DNA of 64,000 nt from an uncultured delta proteobacterium (GCA_963716725.1 CAVQUB010000032.1:1-64000); one strand, 5' to 3'. Shown: positions 51,296-61,845, numbered from the stretch's first letter. Notes: generated from the sequence alone by a model not told the origin. Program-made: numbers and translations.

Positions 51296-52099
51296 ATGCG
51301 CCTGCCCGTCTCACCCGAAGTCCAAGCACGCCTCGCCCGGCTCGAGTTGCCGTTCAACGCTGACGGCCTGGATCCGTATGGCATCGATCGTCGGCGCCTC
51401 GGCTTCATGTTCACGACCTTTGGGCTGTTCTACCAGCGATACTTCCGCTGTAGGGCCTTCGGTGTCCAGAACATCCCGAAGCAAGGCCGGGCCATGCTGG
51501 TCGGCAACCACTCCGGGGGCGTCGCCTTCGACGCCATGATGGTGATCGCGTCGTGCTTCTTCGAGCTCGAGCCGCCGCGCCTGGCCCAGGGCATGGTGGA
51601 GAAGTTCATCAATCGGCTGCCCTTCGCCTCGGAGTGGTCGAGCAAGACCGGTCAGTTCACTGGATTGCCCGAGCACGCCCTGCGCCTGTTGAATGAGGAC
51701 CGGCTGCTCATGGTCTTCCCCGAGGGCGCGCGCGGCACCGCCAAGCTGTTCGTCGAACGCTACAACCTGGTGCGTTTCGGGACGGGCTTCATGCGACTCG
51801 CGCTCGCCACCAAGACGCCCATCGTGCCCTTCGGATTTCTCGGGGGAGGCGAGGCGCTGCCGACAGTCGCGAATCTCGAGAAGATCGGGCGCCTGTTCGG
51901 GGCGCCGTACGTGCCCGTCACGCCCTATCTGCTGCCGATCCCGCTGCCCGTGCGGATGGAGGTCCACTACGGCCAGCCGATCATGCCGAGCGGTACCGGC
52001 GACGAGGACGACCAGGTGATCCTCGAGCAGGTGAACGCGGTAAAGGCCAGCATCCGCCACCTCATCGAACGCGGCCGGAAGAGCTACGAGGCAACATGA
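51296..52099 (+). CDS. Lysophospholipid/glycerol acyltransferase (PlsC family)
   Basis: VGNHSGGVAFD (HX4-5D-like), VFPEG, GFMRLA, PIVP. Confidence 0.9.
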   Translation: MRLPVSPEVQARLARLELPFNADGLDPYGIDRRRLGFMFTTFGLFYQRYFRCRAFGVQNIPKQGRAMLVGNHSGGVAFDAMMVIASCFFELEPPRLAQGMVEKFINRLPFASEWSSKTGQFTGLPEHALRLLNEDRLLMVFPEGARGTAKLFVERYNLVRFGTGFMRLALATKTPIVPFGFLGGGEALPTVANLEKIGRLFGAPYVPVTPYLLPIPLPVRMEVHYGQPIMPSGTGDEDDQVILEQVNAVKASIRHLIERGRKSYEAT

Positions 52100-53016
52100 A
52101 AGTCCTGGTCACTGGCATTTCAGGCAGGATTGGCCAGCTCGTCTGCCACGCACTTCTGAAGGGTGGCCACCAGGTGGCCGGCATCGACCGTCGGCCTTGG
52201 CGAGGCTGTCCCGAAGGCGTCGTCGTTCACGAAAGTGACATCCGCAAGCGGGGCGCCGAAGACGCATTCCGCAGTGAGCGCCCTGACGCGCTGATTCACC
52301 TGGCTACGGTCACTCACCTGACAGCGCAGAGCGAGGACCGCTACCGCATCAACCTGGGCGGAACCAAGTCGGTCTTCGATTCTTGCGAGCGCTACGGGGT
52401 GAAGCAGGCGATCTTCGTCGGTCGACACACCTACTACGGAGCCGCGGCAGATTCTCCGCTCTACCACACCGAAGACGAGCCCCCGCTCGGGCTCGAGACC
52501 TTCCCGGAGCTCGCTGATCTCGTGGCCGCCGATCTATACGCGGGCACCACCCTGTGGCGCTTTCCGGAGATCGACACCGCCGTACTGCGGATCGTCTACA
52601 CCTTGGGTGCATCGCGTTCGGGGACTCTGGCGTCGTTCCTGAGAGGCCCCCGGGTCCCCGTCATCCTGGGCTACGATCCGCTTTTCCATTTCATGCACGA
52701 AGAAGACGTCGCGAATGCCATCGCGCTGGCCCTCGACAAGAAGCTTCGGGGAGTGTTCAACGTGGCGGGACCGCAGCCGCTGCCGCTCTCGGTGATCATC
52801 AGCCAGGCGGGAAAGCAGCCGCTCTTGGTCCCCGAACCGCTGTTTCGCGTGCTGCTGGGTCGTTTCGGGCTGCCGCGCTTACCCCGCGGCGCGCTCAATC
52901 ACATCAAATATGCAGTGGTGATCGATGACGCGTCATTTCGTGAAAAGACGGGATTTCGACACCAGCACGACGAGCACGCCACCCTGCAGGCCTTTCGCCG
53001 CGCGGTCGGGCAGTAG
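52096..53016 (+). CDS. NAD-dependent epimerase/dehydratase (extended SDR)
   Basis: VLVTGISGRIG, IHLA, INLGGT, GVFNVAG; ATGA overlap with the acyltransferase. Confidence 0.88.
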   Translation: MKVLVTGISGRIGQLVCHALLKGGHQVAGIDRRPWRGCPEGVVVHESDIRKRGAEDAFRSERPDALIHLATVTHLTAQSEDRYRINLGGTKSVFDSCERYGVKQAIFVGRHTYYGAAADSPLYHTEDEPPLGLETFPELADLVAADLYAGTTLWRFPEIDTAVLRIVYTLGASRSGTLASFLRGPRVPVILGYDPLFHFMHEEDVANAIALALDKKLRGVFNVAGPQPLPLSVIISQAGKQPLLVPEPLFRVLLGRFGLPRLPRGALNHIKYAVVIDDASFREKTGFRHQHDEHATLQAFRRAVGQ

Positions 53017-53019
53017 CCC

Positions 53020-53493
53020 TCAGGGGTGCAAGGTGCGCCGCAGGCCCAGCACCTCGCGGATCTTCCAGATCAGATCGCCTTCGGCCTTGGTGATGCGAGC
53101 GCCGCCGGGAAACGGGCCAGCCGATGCGGCGGCGACGTGGTTGGCGAATTTGACCAAGAGCTCCGAGTAAGCGACAGCGTCGGCCTCCCCGACTCGCGTC
53201 AGCAGTACCGCGTAGAGTTCTCGCAGGTGTGCGTCCAGCTCGGCCTCTGAGATACTGCTGGCACCGTGGGCCTGGGCGGGCGTCGGGCGCGCCGCGGTCG
53301 CAAACGCTGCATGTATCCATGAGCCGCTCGGTGACTGCGCGGCGCAGCGATCGAGCCATTTGCCGAAGGCGACCTCCTCTTCGTCGAAGGAATCGACCGC
53401 CACGTCCACGCTGAGCATGACCAGGTAGACCTCCAGCGGGATATCCGTCACGAGGTCCCACTCGTCCTCGGTGAAGCCGAAGTGCTCACTCAC
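53020..53493 (-). CDS. Acidic helical hypothetical protein (possibly TerB-like)
   Basis: GC3-biased ORF downstream of the GMC gene; FTEDEW...VAAAS...ITKAEG..IWKIREVLG. Confidence 0.6.
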   Translation of the reverse strand: MSEHFGFTEDEWDLVTDIPLEVYLVMLSVDVAVDSFDEEEVAFGKWLDRCAAQSPSGSWIHAAFATAARPTPAQAHGASSISEAELDAHLRELYAVLLTRVGEADAVAYSELLVKFANHVAAASAGPFPGGARITKAEGDLIWKIREVLGLRRTLHP

Positions 53494-53551
53494 TCAGAAA
53501 TTCTCGACGATGGCGGGGGAGTCGTCGAGCGCGAACTTTGCGCCGCCCCGG

Positions 53552-55060
53552 TCAAGCCGCCAAGCGCTGCACTTCGATGCGTTCTGCCACTCGCGTGGCC
53601 AAGGCCATGATGGTGATTTGTGGGTTCACGCCGATGGCGGTGGGGAAGAGGCTCGCGTCCGCGACGTACAGCCCAGGCAGATCCCAAAGCTGCCCCGAGA
53701 GGTCGACCACCGAGCGGTCGGGGCGAGCGCCCATGCGAGCGGTGCCCATCAAATGCGGAGTGAAGAGTTCGAGGGTGCTGGGGTCTCGCTGGTGCTCGTC
53801 GATCTTCCGGAGATCATCCGCGCTCTGGGCCAGGTGCTGGTTGAAGAAGGGCAACAGGACCTTCTCTGCTCCCATCGCGAAGTGCATTTCGGCCAGCAGC
53901 TTCACCCCCCGCAAGAAGCGACGATGGTCCAGCGCAGTGATCGAGTAGCGCGGGATCGGCGGCCCAAAGAGGCCGCGCGACACGCTTCCGGACGACGAGT
54001 CTTCGACGAGCACGCCCGACACGACCATCTGGTTGTAGCGCTGCATCAGCTCCCAAGCCTGGTCTCCGTGGACCGGCAGGTAGGCGCCGAGCACGCTGGG
54101 GGTCACGAAGTTCTCGGCCATCAGGATGCCGTCTTCGTGAAAGTGGCGAATCTGGGAGCTTTGACTGACCCCGCGCCAGCCTTGGATGTCGTGAGGGTAG
54201 ATCGCGACGACCTTGGCGTTGGGGTGGCAGTGGAAGTTCTTCCCAAGCTGGCGGCTTGGGCGACCGAGCTTGTGTCCGAGCAACAAGTACGGCGTCTGAA
54301 TCGCCCCGCAGGACACTACCACCGCGCGAGCGCGCACACGCACCTCAGCGCCTGCACGCCGGGTGCGAGGGCAGACGGCCCGGGCGATGACGCCGACCGC
54401 GCGGCCCGCTTCAATCCAGAGGCGCTCGACCTTGAGCTCCGTGAGGCAGCGCGCTCCGGCGGCGAGCGCCCGTGGCATGTAAGTGACGAGCGTGGACTGC
54501 TTCGCGCCAGTAGGGCAGCCGAACCCGCAGTTGTTGGCGCCGACGCAGGCCTGTTGATTGCGCTGGTTGACCGTGTATGACCAACCCATCTTCCTCGCGC
54601 CATCCGTCATCACGCGGTTGTCGTCGCCGATGCTCTCGGGAAGTTGAGGACCGACCGACACCTGCTTCTCGACGCGCTCGAAGAGCGGCTCGAGAGCACG
54701 CGCGCTGAGATCGGGGCTGATTTTGGCCCACTGGTCGAGAACACGTTCTGGTGGTCGGTAGGCCATTCCGCCGTTGATCGTGGTGCTGCCGCCGACGCAA
54801 CGCCCCTCGACGTAGGGGATCGGCGGATTGCCGAGGATGACCGTGGCAGCCGCGTCGCGATAGAGGCGCGGGATGCTCTCGCTGCTGTAGGGGTTGAAAG
54901 CGTCGGTGCTGACCCAGCTGCCTTCTTCTACGAACAAGACGTCGCGACCGCTCTCGGCCAGCTCGGTCCCTACCACCGCCCCGCCGGCGCCGGTGCCGAC
55001 CACGACCACGTCGGCGGAGAAACTCCGCTCTCGCTCGTAGTCCGAATGGGAGAGGATCAT
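53552..55060 (-). CDS. GMC-family oxidoreductase
   Basis: DVVVVGTGAGG, GRCVGGSTTING, CGFGCPTGAKQS, HLMGTARMG, ADASLFPT..GVNPQITIMA. Confidence 0.93.
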   Translation of the reverse strand: MILSHSDYERERSFSADVVVVGTGAGGAVVGTELAESGRDVLFVEEGSWVSTDAFNPYSSESIPRLYRDAAATVILGNPPIPYVEGRCVGGSTTINGGMAYRPPERVLDQWAKISPDLSARALEPLFERVEKQVSVGPQLPESIGDDNRVMTDGARKMGWSYTVNQRNQQACVGANNCGFGCPTGAKQSTLVTYMPRALAAGARCLTELKVERLWIEAGRAVGVIARAVCPRTRRAGAEVRVRARAVVVSCGAIQTPYLLLGHKLGRPSRQLGKNFHCHPNAKVVAIYPHDIQGWRGVSQSSQIRHFHEDGILMAENFVTPSVLGAYLPVHGDQAWELMQRYNQMVVSGVLVEDSSSGSVSRGLFGPPIPRYSITALDHRRFLRGVKLLAEMHFAMGAEKVLLPFFNQHLAQSADDLRKIDEHQRDPSTLELFTPHLMGTARMGARPDRSVVDLSGQLWDLPGLYVADASLFPTAIGVNPQITIMALATRVAERIEVQRLAA

Positions 55061-55635
55061 CGTACACCTCCGACGCGCACTGGTGGCGCAGCGACCAACT
55101 GCTTGCGGCGCTCGACGCGCTCTCGCAAGAACGGCAACGGCGCGTAGCCCAAGGCTTCGTGCACCTCGTCTTGATCGAAGTAGGCGCTGAGCACGAGCCC
55201 GCGCACGGCGACGACCACCGTCCGCAAGAGCGCGAAGCGTCCGGATACCATCTCGGACAAGAGGCGCGAGGCGCGCGCCCGCCCTAGCGCGTGCAATCGC
55301 TTCACGCTCACGAACAGAAAGCGAGGCGCCCAGTCCAGCAGCCACAGGCAGAGCCGGAAGCCCCAAGCGGCGAGGGGGTGCATGTAGCGCATGTGTCGTC
55401 GGACGTGGAACTCGACGCGAGCGAACAGCTCGGGCGAGCTGGGCGCGGGAGCCGAGGGGCATAGCGTGACGATCAACGCGCGCAGCGCGCGCAGCGTAGC
55501 TGGACCGAGGGCGCTCGGGTCGGCGATCCGCCAGCCGTCGTCCGGGTGGCGTGAGAGCGGCGCGCTAGCAGTTTGCAGCGGGAGGCGCTTCTTGCGCACC
55601 TGGCTGGTCTCGAACGCTCCGCTCTCGTCGGTCAT
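55057..55635 (-). CDS. Small partner protein of the GMC oxidoreductase (gluconate-2-dehydrogenase subunit 3-like)
   Basis: Coupled by overlaps to the regulator and GMC genes; RGLVLSAYF...VHEALGY. Confidence 0.6.
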   Translation of the reverse strand: MTDESGAFETSQVRKKRLPLQTASAPLSRHPDDGWRIADPSALGPATLRALRALIVTLCPSAPAPSSPELFARVEFHVRRHMRYMHPLAAWGFRLCLWLLDWAPRFLFVSVKRLHALGRARASRLLSEMVSGRFALLRTVVVAVRGLVLSAYFDQDEVHEALGYAPLPFLRERVERRKQLVAAPPVRVGGVR

Positions 55636-56408
55636 GGGCTCCTCTTTCGCTTGCGTGGTTCCGGCCCGTCCGCTGTGCTCACTCGGTCGCCGAGCGCGCC
55701 TTGCATGGCCTTGGTGAAATTCTGATCCACCCTTCGGTAGTAGGCGCGGGTGACCTCGATGGCGCGCTCTTCGCTACCGGCATCGAGAGCGGCGATGAAG
55801 TCCCGCAGGTGTTGCGGAAAGCTCGGCTCGAGCACCCAAAGCGCCGGGTAGCGGTCGATGATGTTGCGATACGCATCGAGGAACGGGTTCGCCACCCAGC
55901 GGACCGCGGTCGAGTGCCCGGCGTCGATCAGAGCCTCGAGCCAACGCTGAAAGCCGTGGGCGATGACGACTTGATCGCCACGCTCGAAGGCCGGGATCAA
56001 GAGCTCGGTGATGTCTCGGAGCCGCTCGATGTCGCTGTTGTTGGCGCGGCGCACGGCAAGACGAGCTGCGAACTCGAGCACCAGCAAGCGCGCGGGCAGG
56101 ATGTCTTCGAGGATGTGGAAGAGCTCCGCGGGATCTGGCGCCGACTCGAGGAATGCCGGCAGTAGCTCCATCGTCCCGGTGCGCCGAAAATCGGCGACCG
56201 TCACGCCCTGCCCGTGCCTCACCGTGACGAGTCGCGCTTGCTCCAGGCGACGCACCGCCTCGCGCAGCGTGTTGCGGTTGGTGTTGTATTTCGACGCGAG
56301 CTCTCGCTCACCGGGTAAGCGTTCTCCAGCGGACAGCTCCCCGCTCAAGATCTGACGGCGCAGATCTGCGTAGACGGTGCTCTCGATCTTGGAAGCGGGT
56401 TCGGCCAT
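55632..56408 (-). CDS. GntR/FadR-family transcriptional regulator
   Basis: GERLPGERELA...NRNTLREA..RLEQ..LVTVRHGQG; helical C-terminal domain. Confidence 0.93.
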   Translation of the reverse strand: MAEPASKIESTVYADLRRQILSGELSAGERLPGERELASKYNTNRNTLREAVRRLEQARLVTVRHGQGVTVADFRRTGTMELLPAFLESAPDPAELFHILEDILPARLLVLEFAARLAVRRANNSDIERLRDITELLIPAFERGDQVVIAHGFQRWLEALIDAGHSTAVRWVANPFLDAYRNIIDRYPALWVLEPSFPQHLRDFIAALDAGSEERAIEVTRAYYRRVDQNFTKAMQGALGDRVSTADGPEPRKRKRSP

Positions 56409-56440
56409 GGCGGTGCCTTCAGGTTGGGGACCCAAGGGCG

Positions 56441-56481
56441 ACTGGTTGAACCAATGATAGCTGGTTCAACCAGTTAGTCAA
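56441..56481 (-). promoter_or_regulatory. Sigma70-type promoter overlapped by two FadR-type operators
   Basis: Minus strand TTGACT-16 nt-TATCAT; 13-bp inverted repeat ACTGGTTGAACCA-N8-TGGTTCAACCAGT, each arm a TGGT-N3-ACCA box. Confidence 0.82.
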
Positions 56482-56784
56482 GGCCGCCTCTGGGTCGTGG
56501 TTGAACCCCTTTCCCTCGGCCCGGGGGGCGCTGCCAAGCACCGAGGCAAAACCGCGAAAATCGGGCAGTTTTGCGCGGGGGTGCTGGCGGATTTACAGGA
56601 AGGCGGGAAGGGGATTCTTGGGCGCGCGGCGCAGGCTCACAGATGGTGAGCAGGTCGGTGTCGGTCCCCGATCACCGGTGCGGACCAGCGCTCGAACCTT
56701 CTCGCCTTCCTGTTTCATTCCGCCCTGTCGGTCAGCTGCGCACTGCGGCCCGGGGCCTGCGATGCAAGCGGGGATGGGCGGTAC

Positions 56785-57786
56785 TCAGCGGGCGCTATTC
56801 GACCAGGTCTGCAGGATCTGAATGTAGTTGGCGCGTTCGTAGGCGCGCGGATCGGGGCAGCGCAGCAGGCTCATGCTGCCGTGCATCTGCGCGACCGACT
56901 CGTATTCGTGCGTTTCGAGCCAGCCCTCGAGGCCGGCCAGCATGGTTGCGAAATGCCCGGGCCCGTGGCGGAGAACGGCGCTCACGATCTGGACGGCGTT
57001 GGCGCCGGCCATGATGGCTTTGACCGCGTCGGTGGGCTCGTGCACGCCGCCGGTGACCGCGAGGGATTTGGCGAAGCGTCCGTGCAAGATGGCGAGCCAG
57101 CGCAAGCGCAAGAGCAGCTCGCTCGAGCTCGAGAGTTGGAGCTGATGGCGGATCTCGAGCTCCTCGACGTCGATGTCCGGCTGGTAGAAGCGGTTGAACA
57201 CCACGAGTCCCGCCACACCAGCGTCGGTGAGGCGCTTGGCGAAATGCGACAGCGCAGTGTGAAAGGGCGAGAGCTTGACTGCCAGTGGAACTTGGATGCT
57301 TTGCTGGATGTCCGCCACCATCGACGAAATGCGGGCCTCGATATCCTCGGCGCTCTCTTCGACGTCGGCGGCGAGCTGGTACACGTTGAGTTCGAGGGCG
57401 TCCGCGCCCGCGTCCTGCATCAGCTTCGCGTAGCGCAGCCAGCCGCGCGGCGTCACGCCGTTCAGCGAGCCGATGACGGGGACATCGAGTTCGCGTTTCA
57501 TCCGCGCGAGGGCCTCCAGATACTCCGCGGGGCCGAGCGCGTAGCCGACGGGCGGCACAAGCCAGCCGTCGGCCTCGGCGAATTCGCCGCGGCCCGGGCC
57601 TGCGTGCCGATCGTGGGCGAGCTCTTCAGCAGCGAGTTGCTCTTCGAAGAGCGAATGCATCACCACGGCCGCTGCGCCGGCGTCCACCGCGCGCCGGACC
57701 GCGTCGAGGTCGTGAGCCAGCGGGGAGGCACCCAGCACCAGAGGGTTCTTCAGCGTCAGACCCAGGTAGCGAGTCGAAAGATCCAT
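56785..57786 (-). CDS. Dihydroorotate dehydrogenase-like flavoprotein associated with PFOR
   Basis: YLGLTLKNPL, SLFEEQ, ADALELN, VKLSP, FNRFYQPDID, TGGVH, YERANY. Confidence 0.88.
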   Translation of the reverse strand: MDLSTRYLGLTLKNPLVLGASPLAHDLDAVRRAVDAGAAAVVMHSLFEEQLAAEELAHDRHAGPGRGEFAEADGWLVPPVGYALGPAEYLEALARMKRELDVPVIGSLNGVTPRGWLRYAKLMQDAGADALELNVYQLAADVEESAEDIEARISSMVADIQQSIQVPLAVKLSPFHTALSHFAKRLTDAGVAGLVVFNRFYQPDIDVEELEIRHQLQLSSSSELLLRLRWLAILHGRFAKSLAVTGGVHEPTDAVKAIMAGANAVQIVSAVLRHGPGHFATMLAGLEGWLETHEYESVAQMHGSMSLLRCPDPRAYERANYIQILQTWSNSAR

Positions 57787-57787
57787 G

Positions 57788-60700
57788 TCATTTCTCCGTG
57801 GGCAGCGAGAAGCGCGCGAGCTCACCGTACAGCACCAGGCGTCGCTTGGCGTCCTGCTCCGCCTCCTTCATCAGCTTGGCGAAGCGTGTCGGGTTGGCGC
57901 GCTCCACCATGCTGTAGCGCGCCTCGTTTCGGGCGTACTCGAGCAGGTTGCCCTTGGGGGGCCCCGAGTCCAGCTGCAATGGCGGGTCGCCTCGATCCGT
58001 GCGCTGGGGATCGTAGCGGAAGAGGTTCCACACCCCGGACTCGACCGCGAGCTTCTGCTGCCGTGGGCCGTGGACCAAATCGTAGCCGTGAGCGATGCAG
58101 TGGCTGTAGGCGATGATGATCGAAGGCCCGTCGTGGGCCTCGGCCTCGACGAAGGCGCGCACTGTCTGGGCGTCCTTGGCCCCGTAGGCGACGCGTGCCA
58201 CGTAGACGTGACCGTAGCTCATGGCGATCAGGCCAAGGTCCTTCTTTGCGATGGACTTGCCGCTGGACGCGAACTTGGCCGACGCGCCCCGCGGCGTCGC
58301 CTTGGACTGTTGGCCACCGGTGTTGGAATAGACCTCGGTGTCGAGCACGAGCACGTTGACGTTCTTGTCCGACGCCAGGACGTGGTCGAGACCGCCAAAT
58401 CCAATGTCGTAGGCCCAACCGTCGCCGCCGACGATCCAGACGCTCTTTTCGACGAGGTAGTCGGCGACCTGATTCAGCTGCCGTGCGTCGAGGGAGCTTT
58501 GCGAGGCCAGCTTGCCACGCAGCGCTTGGACTCGGTCCCGTTGGGCGATGATCCCAGCTTCGTCGGCCTGCCGCGCGTCGAGGATGCCTTGGGCGAGCTC
58601 ACCGCCGATGACGCTCTCGAGAGAGCGAACGAGGTGCTGGGCGCGTTCCCGGAGATAATCGACCGAGAGGCGCATTCCGAAGCCGAACTCCGCGTTGTCT
58701 TCGAAGAGGGAGTTCGACCAGGCCGGTCCGCGCCCGTCTCGATTGGTGGTGTATGGGGTGGTCGGCAAGTTGCCGCCGTAGATAGACGAGCAACCCGTGG
58801 CGTTGGCGATCAGGAGCCGGTCACCAAAGAGCTGGGTAAGTAGTTTGACGTAGGGCGTTTCGCCGCAGCCCGAGCAGGCGCCCGAGTACTCGAACAAGGG
58901 CTCGAGCAGCTGGCTCTCTTTCACGTCGAGCTTGACGCTCTGTCGCTGCACTTCGGGCAGCTTCAGGAAGAAGTCATAGTTTTCGCGCTCGACGGCCCGC
59001 AGCGGCGCCTGGGGCGCCATGTCGATGGCCTTGTGGCGTGGGTTCGACTTGTCTTTGGCGGGACAGACCGCCACACACACACCGCAGCCCGTGCAGTCCT
59101 CGGGCGCGACCTGGAGCGTGTAGCTCTTGCCCGCGAACTCGCCGCTCTTCCACTGGGTGCTCTTGAACGTCGATGGCGCGTGGGTCGAACTCTCCGCGTC
59201 ATACACTTTGGCGCGAATTGCGGCGTGCGGGCAGACCATCGCGCACTTGTTGCACTGAATGCAGAGGGGCGCGTCCCACACCGGGATCTCTTGGGCGAGG
59301 TTGCGCTTTTCAAAACGCGCGGTGCCCACCGGCCAGGTGCCGTCGACCGGAAACGCGCTGACCGGCAGCAGATCGCCCTTGCCAGCGAGGATCATGGCCG
59401 AGACCCGCTGGACGAAGTCGGGAGCTTCGACCGGGACTGGTGGCGTTCGGCGTTGGCCCTTCGCTTCGCCGGATGGCGGCGAGAAGCGCGCGAGCCGGTC
59501 GAGCGCGGCGCGGGCCGCGGCCACGTTCCGGTGGACGAGCTCGTCGCCCCGCGAGCCGTAGCTCTTCTTGATGGAATCTTCGATCTGACGAAGGGCTTCG
59601 TCCCGGGGCAGCGCGCCGGAAAGCACGAAGAAGCAGGTCTGCATCACGGTGTTGATGCGGCCGCCGAGCCCGTGCTCGCGCGCGAGCTCGTGCGCGTCGA
59701 TGACGTGACACTCCAGCTTCTTGTCCAAGATGGTCGTTTGCACTTCGCGAGGCAGCGCGTCCCAGAGCTCCGAGCCGCTGTGCGGGGCGTTGAGCAAGAA
59801 GATCGACCCCTCGCGCGCAGTGGCCAAGACGTCGTAGCGGTCGAGCAGGTCGAACTGATGGCAGGCGACGAGTTCGGCTTCGTCGATCAGGTAGGGAGCA
59901 CGGATGTGCTGCGGACCGAAGCGCAGGTGCGAAACGGTCACGGCGCCCGACTTCTTCGAGTCGTAGACGAAATAGCCTTGGGCGTGGCCTGAGGTTTCTT
60001 CGCCGATGATCTTGATGGAGCTCTTGTTGGCGCCGACGGTGCCGTCGGAGCCGAGGCCCCAGAACACCGCGCTGTAGGTCTCGCCTTGGGGGACGTGGAA
60101 GCTCGGATCGACCTCGAGCGAAAGATTCGACACGTCGTCGACGATGCCGACCGTGAACACCGGCTTGGCCGAGGGCCTTCCGAGCTCGTCGAAGACGGCC
60201 TTTGCCATGGCTGGCGTGAACTCTTTGGACGAGAGCCCGTAGCGCCCCGCGACGACGCGCGGCTTGGGTGATCTCGTCGCGTCGTTGGCCAGGGTTGCCA
60301 CGACGTCCAAGTAGAGCGGCTCGCCGGGGGCACCCGGCTCCTTGGTTCGGTCGAGTACCGCGATGCTTCGAACCGACTCGGGCAGCGCACTCAGGAGGTG
60401 GGTCGGGGAAAAAGGCCGATAGAGCCGGACCTTGAGCACGCCGACGCGCTCACCGCCCGCCACCATGGTTTCGACCGTCGAGTGCACCGTCTCGGCGCCG
60501 GAGCCCATGATCACGATCACGCGGTCGGCGTCAGGGTGCCCGACGTAGTCGAACAACCGGTAGCGCCTGCCGGTCTCTCGCTCGAACTCGGACATCGCCG
60601 TTTCGACGATTCCCGGGCACGCCGTGTAGAAGCCGTTGATGGCCTCGCGCGCTTGGAAGAACGTGTCGGGATTCTGCGCCGTGCCGCGCAGCACGGGCCG

Positions 60701-61336
60701 GTCTGGGGTGAGCGCTCGGGCGCGGTGTGCGCTGATGGCATCTTCGGGGATCAACCTACGGAGCGAGGCGTCGTCGATGCTCTCGATCTTCGCGATCTCG
60801 TGGGAGACGCGAAAGCCGTCGAAGAAATGCAAGAAGGGCACCCGAGCGCGGAGCGTCGCGACGTGGGCGATCGCCGCAAGGTCTTGCGCCTCTTGCACTG
60901 AACCCGAGCACAGGAGCGCGAAGCCTGTCCCCCGACACGCCATCACATCCGAGTGATCACCGAAAATGCTGAGAGCGTGGGTCGCGATGGTGCGCGCTGC
61001 GACGTGCAGCACGCAGGGCGTGAGCTCGCCCGCGATCTTGAACATGTTGGGGATCATGAGCAAGAGCCCCTGCGACGCGGTGAAGGTGGTGGCGAGGGTG
61101 CCCGCTTGAAGCGCACCGTGGACGGTTCCTGCAGCGCCTCCCTCGGACTGCATCTCCATCACGCTCGGGACGGCGTCCCAGAGGTTTCGATCGCCCTGGG
61201 CGGCCCACGCGTCGGCGTGCTCCCCCATGGCGGAGGCCGGGGTGATCGGGTAGATGGCGATCACTTCGCTGGCGCGGTAGGCGACGGACGCGACGGCTTC
61301 GTTGCCATCGACTGCAATGTGCCGAGCTGAGCTCAT
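57788..61336 (-). CDS. nifJ: Pyruvate:ferredoxin/flavodoxin oxidoreductase
   Basis: YPITP, QSEGGAAG, GLGSDGTVGANK, two CxxCxxCxxxCP ferredoxin motifs, GACSGCGETPY, GGDGWAYDIG. Confidence 0.97.
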   Translation of the reverse strand: MSSARHIAVDGNEAVASVAYRASEVIAIYPITPASAMGEHADAWAAQGDRNLWDAVPSVMEMQSEGGAAGTVHGALQAGTLATTFTASQGLLLMIPNMFKIAGELTPCVLHVAARTIATHALSIFGDHSDVMACRGTGFALLCSGSVQEAQDLAAIAHVATLRARVPFLHFFDGFRVSHEIAKIESIDDASLRRLIPEDAISAHRARALTPDRPVLRGTAQNPDTFFQAREAINGFYTACPGIVETAMSEFERETGRRYRLFDYVGHPDADRVIVIMGSGAETVHSTVETMVAGGERVGVLKVRLYRPFSPTHLLSALPESVRSIAVLDRTKEPGAPGEPLYLDVVATLANDATRSPKPRVVAGRYGLSSKEFTPAMAKAVFDELGRPSAKPVFTVGIVDDVSNLSLEVDPSFHVPQGETYSAVFWGLGSDGTVGANKSSIKIIGEETSGHAQGYFVYDSKKSGAVTVSHLRFGPQHIRAPYLIDEAELVACHQFDLLDRYDVLATAREGSIFLLNAPHSGSELWDALPREVQTTILDKKLECHVIDAHELAREHGLGGRINTVMQTCFFVLSGALPRDEALRQIEDSIKKSYGSRGDELVHRNVAAARAALDRLARFSPPSGEAKGQRRTPPVPVEAPDFVQRVSAMILAGKGDLLPVSAFPVDGTWPVGTARFEKRNLAQEIPVWDAPLCIQCNKCAMVCPHAAIRAKVYDAESSTHAPSTFKSTQWKSGEFAGKSYTLQVAPEDCTGCGVCVAVCPAKDKSNPRHKAIDMAPQAPLRAVERENYDFFLKLPEVQRQSVKLDVKESQLLEPLFEYSGACSGCGETPYVKLLTQLFGDRLLIANATGCSSIYGGNLPTTPYTTNRDGRGPAWSNSLFEDNAEFGFGMRLSVDYLRERAQHLVRSLESVIGGELAQGILDARQADEAGIIAQRDRVQALRGKLASQSSLDARQLNQVADYLVEKSVWIVGGDGWAYDIGFGGLDHVLASDKNVNVLVLDTEVYSNTGGQQSKATPRGASAKFASSGKSIAKKDLGLIAMSYGHVYVARVAYGAKDAQTVRAFVEAEAHDGPSIIIAYSHCIAHGYDLVHGPRQQKLAVESGVWNLFRYDPQRTDRGDPPLQLDSGPPKGNLLEYARNEARYSMVERANPTRFAKLMKEAEQDAKRRLVLYGELARFSLPTEK

Positions 61337-61845
61337 CTTGGCTCCAAGGTTCGTTTGGGGGCCGGTACGGCCGGATTCACTTGGCTACTCCGCCGCGGAG
61401 TCGGCGCGGCGGATACGTCGTGCGATCGCACAGTTAGTACGGGGCAGGGGGCCATGTCGAGCACGCGGCGCGTGACGCTACCGAAGCTCTCGGGATCGCC
61501 TCCCGACGCCGCCACGCCCATCACCATCAGATCGAAGTGTTCACTGGCGGCCAAGGTCACCAGAACCTCGTGGGGTACGCCGACCTCGACTCGGATGTGC
61601 ACGGCGTCTCCGCCGACCATGCGGCGCAGCGCGTGCATGGCATTTTCCCGCGCAAGCTGGCTGAGGGCCGTCGGGCTTTCCGCGTGTGCCTGCGTCGTCA
61701 GCGGCACGCCCTGCGGGGGCGGCCACACATAGACGACGTCGAGGCTGGCGCGCGTCCGCGTGGCCATTGCCAGGCCGACGCGGAATGCCTCGCTTGCGTC
61801 GCCCGAGAAGTCCGTGGCGACCAGGATACGTCGAAGCGAGTTCAT
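61333..61845 (-). CDS. Universal stress protein
   Basis: RILVATDFS, DLMVMG, FGSVTRRVL..APCPVLTV. Confidence 0.92.
   Translation of the reverse strand: MNSLRRILVATDFSGDASEAFRVGLAMATRTRASLDVVYVWPPPQGVPLTTQAHAESPTALSQLARENAMHALRRMVGGDAVHIRVEVGVPHEVLVTLAASEHFDLMVMGVAASGGDPESFGSVTRRVLDMAPCPVLTVRSHDVSAAPTPRRSSQVNPAVPAPKRTLEPR

Noticed and set aside
56510..56784. Small ORFs or ncRNA between the FadR-type promoter and the DHODH-like gene
   Set aside because: No convincing start signals, codon bias or recognisable RNA structure.
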